Source: Alphaproteobacteria bacterium (GTDB lineage Bacteria > Pseudomonadota > Alphaproteobacteria > SHVV01). From it: a DNA stretch of 64,000 bases. The notes beneath the pieces were generated by a model. That model saw only the letters and a list, made by a program, of their open reading frames with translations, was not told where the DNA came from and did not search any database. Position 1 is the first letter of the stretch. Every line of letters begins with the position of its first letter. The stretch covers positions 3,616,001-3,680,000 of the forward strand of contig OZ253470.1 of NCBI GenBank assembly GCA_965261735.1, given 5' to 3'. Positions 10,448-21,131 of this stretch are shown here, in pieces. A program made the position numbers and the translations under genes.

Positions 10448-13225
10448 ATGGGTCGGAAAGAGCGCGAGATCTGGCAGTACGGTGACTTTCAGACGCCTCA
10501 GCAGTTAGCGGCCCAGGTTTGCAGGCGACTCCGCCTTATGGGCATTGAGCCATCGGCTATTCTAGAACCCACCTGCGGGCGCGGTTCCTTTCTCGTGGCG
10601 GCCGCGGAGGCGTTCCCGGATGCCGGAGACATCCTTGGTGTGGAAATCAACGAGCGGTACGTTGCGGAGGCGCGCGAGGCTTGCGGTGGTAGGGCGAAGG
10701 TCGAACAGGGAGACTTCTTCCAAACAGACTGGTCGCGCGTCTTGGACAAAGAAGGAGGAAGCTGGCTTGTGTTGGGAAATCCGCCTTGGGTTACCAACGC
10801 GGAGCTGGGCCTGCTTAGCAGCACGAATTTGCCTACCAAGAGCAACTTTCAAGGTCACCGAGGGCTTGATGCGATCACCGGCAAGGCGAACTTTGATATC
10901 TCTGAGTGGATGCTGCTGAAACAGGTTGGTTGGCTCAAGGAACGGTCCGGCTGGATCACAATGCTGGTTAAGACGGCAGTGGCCCGTAAGGTTCTTCGAC
11001 AGATGTGGAAGGTGGGCGAACCTGTCGGAAGAGCTGCGATCTTCAAGGTGGACGCGATGCGCCATTTTGGGGCTGCTGTGGACGCCTGCCTATTCGTGCT
11101 GCCTGTCTGCCTGGGCGAGCCATCAAGGATTTGCGATGTATTCGATGGCTTGGAGGAGCCCAAGCCCAGCGGGACAATTGGCTACCATGATGGGGTCTTG
11201 GTCGCGGACGTCGATAAGTTCCTGCAGTACCGCCATCTTCTCGGGTCTAATGTCGAGTATGTTTGGCGCTCAGGGGTCAAGCACGACTGTGCGAGAGTCA
11301 TGGACCTGAAGCGAGTCGAGAACGGCGGGCTTGAAAACGGACTCGGCGAGGCGGTGGAAGTTGAAGACATCTACCTGTACCCAATGCTGAAGAGTTCAGA
11401 CGTTGCCAATGGGCGGAAACGCTCCGACCGACTGATGGTTGTTCCACAGCGCGAGATTGGTGAGGACACATTGCACATTCGTGAGGACGCGCCGCGAACA
11501 TGGGCCTACCTTAGCGCAAACGGGGGGAGGCTTGACGGGAGGGGAAGCGTTATTTATCGGCGCAAACCTCGCTTCTCCATCTTCGGGGTGGGCACGTACA
11601 CGTTTGCGCCCTGGAAGGTCGCCATTTCCGGCTTCTACAAGGCCATGCGTTTCGTAAAGGTGGGTCCAGTCAGCGAAAAACCCGTGGTGTTCGATGACAC
11701 AGTGTACTTCCTCCCTTGTTGGGGTTGTGTCTCGAAAGTGGTGGAAATTGGTTTTGGCGCCTCTCCGAGCGGGTTGAGTTTTGCGGCGGTCAGGCTGCGC
11801 GGTCAAGGGTTTCGTCGGCGATTAGCTGATCGAGGGTTTCCCATCCATCGACTTTGCGCATCTGGATTTGGCCGGAAGCGAGGAGTGCCCAGAGGAGCAT
11901 CGGCACTGTTTCGGGACACGGCAGCACGGTCTGTGTTTTGATCCGGCGCTTGAACTCCTCGTTGAGACGCTCAATGGCGTTGGTCGTTCGGGCTGATTTC
12001 CATTGGCTCTTGGACAGGCGCGTGAAGGTAAAGAGCTTGTCGCCCGCTTCTGCGAGGCTGTCCGCGACGGCCCTGCATTTCAGCCGCCACTTGCGGACAA
12101 ACGCCTTGCGGCGGGTTTCCACCTCGGAGGCAGTGTCAGCATAGATCATATCGCGGTAATCTTCGCTCAGCTCGTCATGCATGTGTTTGGGAGCATGACC
12201 CAGAAGGTTGCGGTGCTTGTGCACGGTGCAGCGTTGAACGGGAAGGTCATCGCCCCAAAGCGCCGACAGAGCCGCCTCCAGTCCCGGCGCGCCATCGACG
12301 ATGACAAACCCGGGCCGTTTCAGTCCACGCGCATCAAGGTCGTCGAGGAACTGGCGCCACGCCGCCTGGCTTTCTCCGCCCATATTCCCGATCGAAAGCA
12401 AGACCTTCTGGCCATCCCGGCGCACCCCTATAGCCGCGAGAACCGAGATGTTGGTGGCCTTGCGGTCCAGTCGGGTCTTGATCACAGTGCCGTCAAGGAT
12501 CAGCCGAACGATATCCTCATCCGCGAGGCCACGGCTGCACCAGGCGTCCCAATCGACCTTCACCTTGCGCCACGCCCGGCTCACAACGTCCTTGCTCACA
12601 GCACCCCGGAAGAGCCCGAACAGCGCGCGTTTCACCCGCCGCGTGTTGGTTCCGGACAGATACACCGAAGCGATCAGCGCCTCGGCCTTTCTGGTCAGCC
12701 GCTGGTAGCGCGGCAGCGCCCGCGAACGCCATTCCGACGCCCGACCGTCTTCCTCAACGATCCGCGCACGCGGCACGCTCACCCTCTCGGTCCCGAATGT
12801 CCCCGTCAGTTGCCGCTCCCGGTGCCCGTTCCGATACCCTTGCCGAAGCGCGTCCTCTCGACCGTATCGGCAGCGCCCGAGAAACTGCGCAAGTTCCTCC
12901 TCAAAAACGGCCTCGATCGTGGATCTGATGTTCTCCCGCAGCCGGTCCTCGAGCGGATCATAGCCGGCGTCATTGGCCAGTAGCGAAAGCGCGGAAGTCT
13001 CGGTAGTGTTCTTCATGGCGTGATCTCCTTGGCGGTGCTAGCCGCCGATTGGGTGGTTGTCTTGTCACCCGGAGATTACGCCATCCTCAAATTTCCACCA
13101 CTTTCGAGACACAGCCCTTGTTGGTCGGAGGAGGAGGCCAATTTTGTCTATACCCTTGTCCAGTCCATGCCCTACTCTCGGCTACTCGCTGCCATGATTT
13201 TCGTCGAGGAGAAGCGAGCCATTCG
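10448..13225 (+). pseudogene. Amino-DNA methyltransferase (M.NspV-like), split by IS256 type B
   Basis: YGDFQTP, ILEPTCGRGSFL (motif I), GNPPW (motif IV); frame resumes at 13117 (PCWSEEEA...EKRAI) after the IS. Confidence 0.85.
11723..13116 (-). mobile_element. IS256-family element type B (transposase 11790-13016), intact
   Basis: TIRs GGTTGTGTCTCGAAAGTGGTGGAAATT; perfect 8-bp TSD CTTGTTGG; QRCTVH and TTNAIERLNEEFKRR motifs. Confidence 0.95.
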
Positions 13226-13259
13226 TCGCCAAACTGGATCACTTCGCCAGTGACCGGCA

Positions 13260-13481
13260 TGACAAACCAACCGTTGGCACGGCGTCGCGGCTGTTCCAGT
13301 AGGCGCGGTTCAGGCAGGAGACGATGCCCTGATGCTTGACCTGACCATCCTTCGCCTGCTCCTCGGTGATCTTCAGATTTTCGAGGAGCGCCTGAAAGCG
13401 CGGCCGGACGTAGTACCAGCGAATTGGTCGGCCGAGCGGAAGCGGGGGAAGTGCAGCTGCCAGTCCGCTATGAAAGTTCAT
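13260..13481 (-). pseudogene. CD-NTase / SMODS nucleotidyltransferase N-terminal fragment (CBASS-like)
   Basis: WYYVRPRFQALLENLKITEEQAKDGQVKHQGIVSCLNRAYW resembles the N-terminus of SMODS CD-NTases; truncated before the expected GS catalytic motif. Confidence 0.6.
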
Positions 13482-13493
13482 CGGCCCGCCACC

Positions 13494-14714
13494 TCAGGAC
13501 GCCATGGTGAACTGCCGCCGGACGTCGCCGGTCCCAACGAATTGCGATAGCAGCCGGTAGTTCTTCCGTTCGTAGCGAACCCTGCCGGCGACGATCGCCG
13601 GATGAACTTGCAGAGCCCTGGCGAGATTCATCACGGCCGCGGTCGTCGGCCGATCCCGCACTGCGCTCGCTTCCCAATCCATGCGCGGGATGAGCGCTTC
13701 TTCCGCCCATTCGTCGGCCTGCGCCTCCCTGGGATCTTCCCGTCTTCCGTCGAGTTTGCGCAGCGTAAAGTCGTCGACGAAGGCGTCCCCCCTGTCGTTG
13801 TCCATGTGTCGGCCGACATGGGCCAGCTCGTGCAACAGGCAGAACCAGAAATTGTCGATTCTGTCGTAGCGCAGAGTGAGGCCGATCACCGGTGTGCCAT
13901 CACCGAGCCGGAGTGCCACCCCGTCGAGATAGGTCTTTGGCAGGTGCTTTTCGATCACCAGCGGAATGCCATGCCTGGCCAGCGATTCCTTCGCCAGCCG
14001 CGGGCCGTCTTCGGACCAGCTCAGCCGCGCGACCTTCGTCAGGAATTCCAGGGTTACGGTGCCACGCTCATAGTCCGTCTTCGGGCGATCCTCGTTGGCT
14101 CTTGCAAGGACCTGCCAGCACCACGCCTTGAGGGCATGGGGGTCCATTTTGGCATTCGCACGAACATGGTCGTTCTTTCGGTAGAGCGTAGCGCCTGCGA
14201 CATCCAGCCCGCCTGCGCGATCGATCAAGTCTCGCATGATCCGGTCGGCGGATCCGGCCAGATCGGGGCCGTCCGGAATCCAGCCCAACCTTGCCATTGA
14301 CTTGACGGGAAACCGGTTCCATTCGATATCGGCCAGCGGATCGTCGAGATCGACATCCGGCCCCTGCAGCAGCACGTCCGCCGGAATCCCGAGATGCTCA
14401 TGCAGTGCACGCGCCATCGGCATGGTGATCGCACGCTTGCAGGAGAGAACCTCGGAGACCTTCGCGCGGCTTCCGATGAACGAGACGAGATCGCGGGGGC
14501 GCAGGCCCGCCTGTTCCATGCGAAACTCTATCGCGGCGATCGGATTCGGATATCCCATCGGCACATGCTTGCTTTCATACAGTTCAACGAGATCGACCAG
14601 TATATCGAGCTCATCGCCCTCCAGACTGTCGGGTTCCGTATCCATGAGCCCGGAGATCCGGGCCAATGCTGCCTCATAGTCCGCTTCAGACCGAATTGGC
14701 TTGATATTGGCCAT
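13494..14714 (-). CDS. higA: HigA-type antitoxin fused to an ImmA/IrrE Zn-metallopeptidase domain
   Basis: IKPIRSEADYEAAL...DLVELYE...AIEFRMEQ HTH, then RYDRIDNFWFCLLHELAH (HEXXH) and EAQAD. Confidence 0.88.
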   Translation of the reverse strand: MANIKPIRSEADYEAALARISGLMDTEPDSLEGDELDILVDLVELYESKHVPMGYPNPIAAIEFRMEQAGLRPRDLVSFIGSRAKVSEVLSCKRAITMPMARALHEHLGIPADVLLQGPDVDLDDPLADIEWNRFPVKSMARLGWIPDGPDLAGSADRIMRDLIDRAGGLDVAGATLYRKNDHVRANAKMDPHALKAWCWQVLARANEDRPKTDYERGTVTLEFLTKVARLSWSEDGPRLAKESLARHGIPLVIEKHLPKTYLDGVALRLGDGTPVIGLTLRYDRIDNFWFCLLHELAHVGRHMDNDRGDAFVDDFTLRKLDGRREDPREAQADEWAEEALIPRMDWEASAVRDRPTTAAVMNLARALQVHPAIVAGRVRYERKNYRLLSQFVGTGDVRRQFTMAS

Positions 14715-14715
14715 C

Positions 14716-15009
14716 TCACACCTCCTCCACGTCTACGGCGTCATACTCTGCATGTGTGCCCACGAAGCGTATGTAGACGACGCGGTACGGGTAATTGATT
14801 TTGACGACGAGCCGGTAGTCGTTGCCCTTGATGTTGAAGATCACCCGGTTGTCACCAACGATGCTCGCGCTGCCGTACATCTCCTTCAGGCTGGCCGGTG
14901 TATCCCAATCCGCCTGCTTCGCTTCCCGATACCAGGCGAGAAGCGGTTCTTCTGCATCTGAGTGATGCTCCCAGAACTCCCGGAGCCTCTTCTTGGCGAT
15001 GATCCGCAT
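14716..15009 (-). CDS. higB: HigB toxin (mRNA interferase)
   Basis: MRIIAKKRLREFW...FNIKGNDYRLV...IRFVGTHAEYD. Confidence 0.93.
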   Translation of the reverse strand: MRIIAKKRLREFWEHHSDAEEPLLAWYREAKQADWDTPASLKEMYGSASIVGDNRVIFNIKGNDYRLVVKINYPYRVVYIRFVGTHAEYDAVDVEEV

Positions 15010-15013
15010 AGGG

Positions 15014-15067
15014 TATATACATCGTTCCCATTTTCATGTCAAGTATAGTGGTCCCAAAACGAGAACC
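15014..15067 (-). promoter_or_regulatory. Sigma70-like promoter of higBA with candidate operator palindrome
   Basis: TTGACA (15042-15037), 17-bp spacer, TATATA (15019-15014), 4 bp from the ATG; imperfect palindrome GGTCCCAAAACGAGAACC at 15050-15067. Confidence 0.6.
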
Positions 15068-15212
15068 ATCCTATAGCGGGACGCAGTAGGGAAGTACAGC
15101 GGAGGTCACGAGGTCACGAGGTCACGAGAGGTCAGGAGATGCCTGGGGTTCTCCCAAAAACCATTCCGAGGACATTCCGAAACGTGTATTGGAAGAGATT
15201 GCCTAGAAACAG

Positions 15213-15245
15213 AAACGCCGCTAAGATGTTGTCTTAGTGGCGTTT
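15213..15245 (-). terminator. Hairpin downstream of the tRNA fragment
   Basis: AAACGCCGCTAAGA / TCTTAGTGGCGTTT, 14-bp stem. Confidence 0.55.
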
Positions 15246-15249
15246 TATT

Positions 15250-15294
15250 TGGTTGCGGGGGTTGGATTTGAACCATCGACCTTCAGGTTATGAG
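15250..15294 (-). tRNA. 3' half of tRNA-Met(CAT), probable att-site duplication
   Basis: CTCATAACCTGAAGGTCGATGGTTCAAATCCAACCCCCGCAACCA: anticodon loop, T-arm and CCA, but no 5' half; integrase adjacent. Confidence 0.85.
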
Positions 15295-15513
15295 TTTGCG
15301 TAAGAGTTAAGACGACAATTGCAGTCATGCGTGCGCATGGATGCGCTGGTGTGTGATAATTGGCTATTTTACAAGGTGTTTGTGGACGGTACAAGAGCTT
15401 ATTACCATGACAATCGTGCGCACGGATGCGCAGAGTTTGTAATCCCGATGATTCCCATGTGATTCCCAGTATGATATGGTGCTTCCCATTGCCGGACACA
15501 CCGGGGATCCGCC

Positions 15514-16075
15514 ATGCCCGCTCAGATCAAGATCACCAAGCGAACCGTTGACAGGATCACTGGCGACGGATCGGACAGGTTCTATTGGGACGACGATCTC
15601 CCCGGTTTCGGCCTGCGCGTCCGCGCCTCGGGACGCAAGTATTATGTCGTCCAGTTCCGCGCCAACGGGCGGCTGCGCCGCATGACCCTGGGTCGTCATG
15701 GGGCAGTGACGCCGGAGACCGCACGGCGGCGTGCCATGGCGCTGATCTCGGAGGCCAAGGGCGGTAAGGACCCGGCTGCCCTTCGGGACAAAGGCCGCAA
15801 GGCGGCAACGATGAAGGTGCTCGGCAGGCGGTTTCTGGAAGAGTACGTCCCGGTTCATTGCAAGCCGAGCACGGCCTACGAGTACCAGCGTTCAGTGAAG
15901 TTATTCATCGACCCCAGGATCGGAACCCGCAAGGTGACGGAGATCCAGCGGAGCGACATCGCCGAACTACACCATGGCATGCGGGAAACGCCCTACCAGG
16001 CCAACCGGACCCTCGGGGTGCTTTCAAAGATGTTCAACTTGGCCGAGTTGTGGGGTCTGCGTCCGGACGGCTCAA
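15514..16075 (+). pseudogene. Tyrosine integrase, N-terminal arm-binding/SAM part only
   Basis: WDDDLPGFGLRV...RRMTLGRHG...PYQANRTLGVLSKMFNLAELWG; catalytic domain missing. Confidence 0.88.
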
Positions 16076-16109
16076 TGCGGATACTCCGGCCTAACCGGCA
16101 ACTCCAATA

Positions 16110-16740
16110 ACCCTGGAGGTTCAATCGCAATGTCCCGGATGCCGACGCGGAACACGAACATACTCACCAGGATGAAGAGAGTGCAGGCGGCCAGCAGCGC
16201 GAGCGAATAGGCAGAGCCGCTGTTCCAGTTCCCCGCCTCGAAGAAGTTCCGATAGATCACCTGGCTGAACCATTCGGGGTGGAGACCGGGGCCGACCAGG
16301 CCGGGAACGGCGATGGAGCCCGCGGCCAGCATGAAGGTCATGATCGAACCCACGGCGATGCCCGGCTTGGCGTGTGGCAGGACAACACGCAGATGGGTCC
16401 TCAGTGTCGAGGCGCCGAGATCCTTGGCGGCCTCGATCTGGTTGGGATCGAGCGTCTCGATCGTGTTGTAGACCGGGAACACCATGAACAGGATGTAGGC
16501 GTAGACCTCGTCGTCGGCCAGCGGCAGGACCGAGGAGTTGAAGGTGACTGCCTCGGTTCGCCGGAACTGTCTCACCGCCGGGCCGGGCTCGCCGCGCGCG
16601 AGGTGGGCGAGGCCGAGCAGGTGTCGCGCGATCGGATCGCGCGGCCGCGACTTCAGATGTTTCTTCAGTTTGCGCTCGGCAGAACCATGCCGGCCGGCCC
16701 TGAGTTCGGCGGCTGCGGTTTCTAGCGGGCCAACTTTCAA
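16110..16740 (-). pseudogene. Chimera of a TPR-protein N-terminus and a PotB-like ABC permease C-terminus
   Basis: ARHLLGLAHL (TPR-like) joined in frame to VYAYILFMVFP...IEAAKDLGA (EAA motif). Confidence 0.7.
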
Positions 16741-16748
16741 TCGAGGCC

Positions 16749-17780
16749 TCAGACCGCCTGCGCGGCCTCGACGAGACGGCCGAGCTTGGCACGCGTCAGT
16801 TCGATTCCCAACATGATGAGCCCGCAGTCGGGCGCGGCCATCAGCCGGTCAGCGTCGATGCGGTCGAGCGCCGCCCGCAGGCGTGCGACGATCTCGTCGA
16901 CCGTCTCAACCCGGCTGGAGGCGATCTCGACGACGCCGAGGATGACCGTGGTGCGGGAAAACGCGTCGAGCAGGGCAAGATCGTTGTGCCGGTGCGCATC
17001 CTCGATGGAGACAGCGTCCACGATGCTGGCGTCCACCGCGCGGGCGAGCCGTCGGTAGACCTCCGGATCGGCCTTCACGTAGTCGGTCTCGTCCAGCATG
17101 TCGGGATAGCCGCAGCACATGTGCATGGTACGGGTCACGCCGCCGGGGACGCCGTGGAAGCAGCGCTCGAGATTTTCGACCCCGAAGTCGAGCGCCTGGT
17201 CCGGCAGGCGCGCGAAGAGCGGCTCGTCGACCTGGATGTGGCGGCACCCCGCCTCCGCCAGGCGTCTGATCTCCACGTTGAGCGCCCCGGCCAGATCGGC
17301 GCACCAGGAACGGTGGTTGGCATAGAAGACGTTGGCGGTCGAGTCCGCGATCGTGAGCGGTCCGGGCACGGTGATCTTGACGGGCCTGTTCGTCGCCGCC
17401 TGCGCGACCTCCCAATCGCGCACCAGGAACGGTTCGCGCGCCGCGACTTTGCCCGTGAAGGTGGGCATCTCGGCCGTCCAGGCACCGTTGCGCATGGTGC
17501 ACTCGGTTAACGTATCGAGTTCGAAGCCGTCGAGATGGCTGCAGTGGTAGCGGATGTAGTTCGCCCGCCGGATCTCGCCGTCGGTCGGGATGTCGATTCC
17601 GATAGCGGCCTGCTCGGCCACGACCTCTCGTGTCGCACGGTCGAAAGCGGCCCGCCGCTCCTCCGGCGACAAGTCCCCGGCCTCGACCTCGCCGACCTCG
17701 ACGTTCTCGTGCATCCAGGCAGTGCGCGGCACATAGCGCGGTTTGGGATAGGAGCCGATGCAGGTGGTCACGAGCGGCAT
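16749..17780 (-). CDS. Cobalamin-independent methionine synthase II family (MetE catalytic domain only)
   Basis: TTCIGSYPKP, TDGEIRR, IQVDEP, HMCCGY, APDCGL Zn-ligand motifs. Confidence 0.9.
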   Translation of the reverse strand: MPLVTTCIGSYPKPRYVPRTAWMHENVEVGEVEAGDLSPEERRAAFDRATREVVAEQAAIGIDIPTDGEIRRANYIRYHCSHLDGFELDTLTECTMRNGAWTAEMPTFTGKVAAREPFLVRDWEVAQAATNRPVKITVPGPLTIADSTANVFYANHRSWCADLAGALNVEIRRLAEAGCRHIQVDEPLFARLPDQALDFGVENLERCFHGVPGGVTRTMHMCCGYPDMLDETDYVKADPEVYRRLARAVDASIVDAVSIEDAHRHNDLALLDAFSRTTVILGVVEIASSRVETVDEIVARLRAALDRIDADRLMAAPDCGLIMLGIELTRAKLGRLVEAAQAV

Positions 17781-18094
17781 GGACGGCCCCCTGGGTTGTG
17801 GCTCGGTTCCGAATTTTGATCCCCACGGTCTACACGAATTCAATAACCGAGGGGGCCGCTCCAAGCATCAACTCTTCGCTCGCTTCATCTCAGGGTCGTA
17901 GAGCGGACCGCTTTGCAGCTTGCACGGGACGCGTTCGTCCGCCACTTCGAGCTCGAAGTCCAGCTTCGATCCCCTGATCCTGGCAGACGGCAAGACCGAC
18001 CTCTTCGTGGTCGCGCCCGAGGAGACCATCGAGCACGTCGAGGGCTGGCTGCGCCTGTGGGTCGCCATCCCCAACGCCGTCGCCGGTATCAACG

Positions 18095-18429
18095 GGAACT
18101 CGCCTTCTTCCGCAAGCACCGCCAGCGCATGCGTTACCACGCCCTGAAGGCAGAGGGCGTCGCCATCGGCTCAGGCGTGGTCGAGGCGGCCAACAAGACC
18201 CTGGTGACCCAGCGCATGAAGCGCTCCGGCATGCGCTGGCGGATCGCCGGCGGACAGGCTGTGCTGACCTTCCGCGCCCTGATCAAATCCGCTCGCTTCG
18301 ACCGGGCATGGAAGGCCATCATCGGCGCAACCGACACACCAGCCAACGACAACATCAATCCCTGTGCCGTCATCGCCATCGCTGCCTGAACTCAATGAAC
18401 GAAGCCACTGCTATCAACTGGGATTCCCC
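18095..18429 (+). mobile_element. ISKra4-family remnant (3' end), diverged from the copies at 30135 and 49460
   Basis: RMRY...IGSGVVEAANKTLVTQRMKRSGMRW. Confidence 0.75.
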
Positions 18430-18449
18430 ATGTTGGAACCGATCCACGC

Positions 18450-20002
18450 GGTCGTGTCCCAGGACGTGGTGTAGGAGTTGTTGGAGCCTCTGGTAGCTGT
18501 GGGTAGGCGGCTTGCCGTAGCGACCGCCGAGAGTCTGGCGTAGGCAAGCCGGCTATCCACAGCGGAGGCCATCGTGTGTGGACGCCCCCGTTGATGCAAG
18601 CAGTTTTTGGTCGGCTCGGTGCATGCGGTCAGGTGCTGTCGTGTGTCCGGCCTCTCTATGCGGCAGATGACACGCCGCGGGCCCGTATGGAGATACGCGG
18701 ATTGGGTCCAAATCGGTTACGCGAGCTTGAAAGCTCTCCGTTCGGATGCTGGTTTTCCCAACCCGGTCTCGTTGACCTTTGCCCTTACCTGTCCTCCGTC
18801 CTGCCCACATCCCCGACGGCTTCCCGCACTTCGCCGTTCTCTCAGGCGGTGGCGGGAGCCCGGTAGCTCTTCTTCTTCGTCAGTAGCGCCCAGACGATGC
18901 GCGCCATCCTGTTGGCCAGCGCCACCGCGACGAGCATCCTCGGCTTGCGCGCCAGCATCCCGGCCAGCCAGGGGTCCGTCGTCACGCCGCGCCGAACCGC
19001 CCAGCGGACCACAGTCATCGCGCCTGTGATCAGCAGCCGTCTCAGATCGCGCTGGCCCATCTTCGATATCTTGCCCAGCTTCGGCTTGCCGCCGGTCGTG
19101 TGCTGGCGCGGCACGAGGCCGAGCCAAGCGGAGAAGTCGCGGCCGCGCCGGAAACTCTCCATCGGCGGTGCGAAGGCCTGGATTGCCATCGCGCTGATCG
19201 GCCCGATCCCCGGCACGCTCATCAGGCGCCTCGCCTCCTCATCCTGCCGTGCTCTCACGTGGACCTCCCTCTCCAGGCCCGCAATCTTCGCATCGAGGCC
19301 GGCGATCTGCTCAAGCAGAAGGCCGGCCAGCTCGCGGACCGCTTCCGGCAACCTCGAAGCCGGTCCCTCAAGCGCCGAGGCCAGCCGGCCGACATGAGCC
19401 GGCCCCTGCGGGGCAATGACACCGAACTCCGCCAGATGGCCGCGCAGCGCATTAATCGTCTGGGTGCGCTGGCGCACCAGAAGATCGCGCGTCCGGAACA
19501 GCATGCCCCGAGCCTGCTGTTCCTCCGTCTTCACAGCCACAAAGCGCATGGTCGGCCGCGACGACGCCTCGCAGATCGCCTCCGCATCCGACGCGTCGTT
19601 CTTTTGCCGCTTGACGTACGCTTTGACGTAGATCGGTGGGACCAGTCGCACCGCATGGCCGAGACTGCCGATCTCCCGGCCCCAATGGTGCGCGCCGCCG
19701 CACGCCTCCATCGCCACCGTGCAGCGTGGCTGCGCAGCCACAAAGTCCAACAGCTTCGCCCGGCTCAGCTTCTTGCGGAACGCAACCAACCCATCCGCCC
19801 GCGCACCGTGCAGCTGAAAGCTGTTCTTCGCCAGATCGATCCCGATCATGTGAACCTGTTCCATGGACGCCCCCTTCCTCGCTTGGCGTTAACAACACCG
19901 CCAACCTGGCACATCGCGATGCCGTCGGGAGGGGCGTCCACCCCATCGGCTCCATGCCGAGGTCAAGCGTCGCACCAACGTCGTCGGTATCTTTCCCAAC
20001 GA
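18450..20002 (+). mobile_element. IS256 type A remnant (left end plus short 3' piece) enclosing IS1111 copy 2
   Basis: IS256 left end 18450-18574 joined to the IS1111 right end; IS256 3' piece 19947-20002; intervening transposase gene absent. Confidence 0.88.
18573..19948 (-). mobile_element. IS110-family (IS1111 group) element, copy 2 (recombinase 18842-19864)
   Basis: Near-identical to copy 1 (2 amino-acid differences); CG cores at 18573-18574 and 19947-19948. Confidence 0.93.
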
Positions 20003-20108
20003 GGCCCGCCCTGACAAAGCAGCGAGTGTCGCACCCCCGAGACCGAAGGGATCAGCGGATACCGCCGAACCCGGCCGCGAGGTCCTCGCGCGCGATGACG
20101 CCACCCAT

Positions 20109-20205
20109 GATCGGCGCGGTCGAGAACATCCATGGCGCGCTCCCCTATATCCGGTTTGCGCCCATTCTAGCCCTAGTGGGTGTGGGTGTAAACCGGATAG
20201 GCAAG
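20109..20205 (-). mobile_element. IS1595 type A left-end fragment
   Basis: Matches the first ~97 bp of the element at 21306. Confidence 0.85.
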
Positions 20206-20595
20206 GCTCATTCGTCTATGGTTTTCTTGCTGCCTATGACCGCGCACTCCGGAAGGCCGGGGACATCTTCGCCCGGAGGATGTCTTCTGTCTCGAACCGT
20301 CAACCTCACGACAATCCCGGATCTTGCAAGGTGCAGCCACCGCCTACGACGCCTTCGGGTCGACAATCCACACTGACTCCCTGAGGACCGTACAATCCGA
20401 GACGATCATGTCCACAACTGCGGTAATCCTCGAGAAATCATAGTCACCGCTCACCTCGGATTGGGCCAGGAACGCCCTCATGACATCGCTCTTGCCAACC
20501 AGTTCGCCATGATAGACGCCCAGTTCTTTGTGCGCGTCTTTGTGCGCGGAAATCCCGCCTGAAGCACAGCTCCTGCTTCATCACCACGAGCCCTA

Positions 20596-20751
20596 GGAGA
20601 CCTATTGCATCGTCAGCGGCCGCAGGCAGATGAAGATCGACGGCCGGTCGGGCCGGGCTGCGCGGTCTATACCCCGCCCACGGCCCGGCACGCCTTCCGG
20701 CGCACCGGCGTTGTCAGAGGAAAACGGTTTGAGCCACCGAGCGAGGTCTCC
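20596..20751. mobile_element. Possible MITE / IS5-like deletion derivative
   Basis: Short terminal IRs GGAGACCT...AGGTCTCC around ~155 bp with no ORF; no clear TSD. Confidence 0.35.
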
Positions 20752-20759
20752 CACAACTC

Positions 20760-21131
20760 CTATTTCATGATGTAGAAAGCCAGCTTGTTTCCATCCAGGT
20801 CCCTGAAATACCCGCCGTAGAATCCGCTAGTGCCACGCGGGCCGGGTGCCCCCTCGTCCTTCCCCCCGAGCTCAAGAGCCTTGGCATGTAATGCATTCAC
20901 CTGCTCTTCGCTTTCGACTTTGAGCGCAATCATTGTGCCGTTGCCTACAGTAGCCGGGTCTCCATCGTAGGGCTTGGCTACGCAGAATGTCGTTTCACCC
21001 GATGGGGCCTCCCACCGGATGAAAGTTTCTGCTTCCGTTGTCCGCTTCGCTCCGATATCCCCGAGAAGCGAATCATAGAACCGGCCAGCGCGTTCAATAT
21101 CGTTTGCACCTAGAATCAAGTTTCCGATCAT
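20760..21131 (-). CDS. VOC/glyoxalase family protein
   Basis: GANDIERAGRFYD...GNGTMIAL...GAPGPRG...YFRDLDGNKL. Confidence 0.9.
   Translation of the reverse strand: MIGNLILGANDIERAGRFYDSLLGDIGAKRTTEAETFIRWEAPSGETTFCVAKPYDGDPATVGNGTMIALKVESEEQVNALHAKALELGGKDEGAPGPRGTSGFYGGYFRDLDGNKLAFYIMK

Noticed and set aside
10394-11941. 515-aa methyltransferase as an intact gene
   Set aside because: Residues after 11722 are read-through into IS256 type B.
15103-15137. AGGTCACG x3 tandem repeat
   Set aside because: Too short, with no spacers or cas genes; likely slippage, not CRISPR or iterons.
17930-18095. Coding-like fragment, with similar ones at 3990-4230 and 20400-20560
   Set aside because: No recognisable motif, start or stop; left unannotated.
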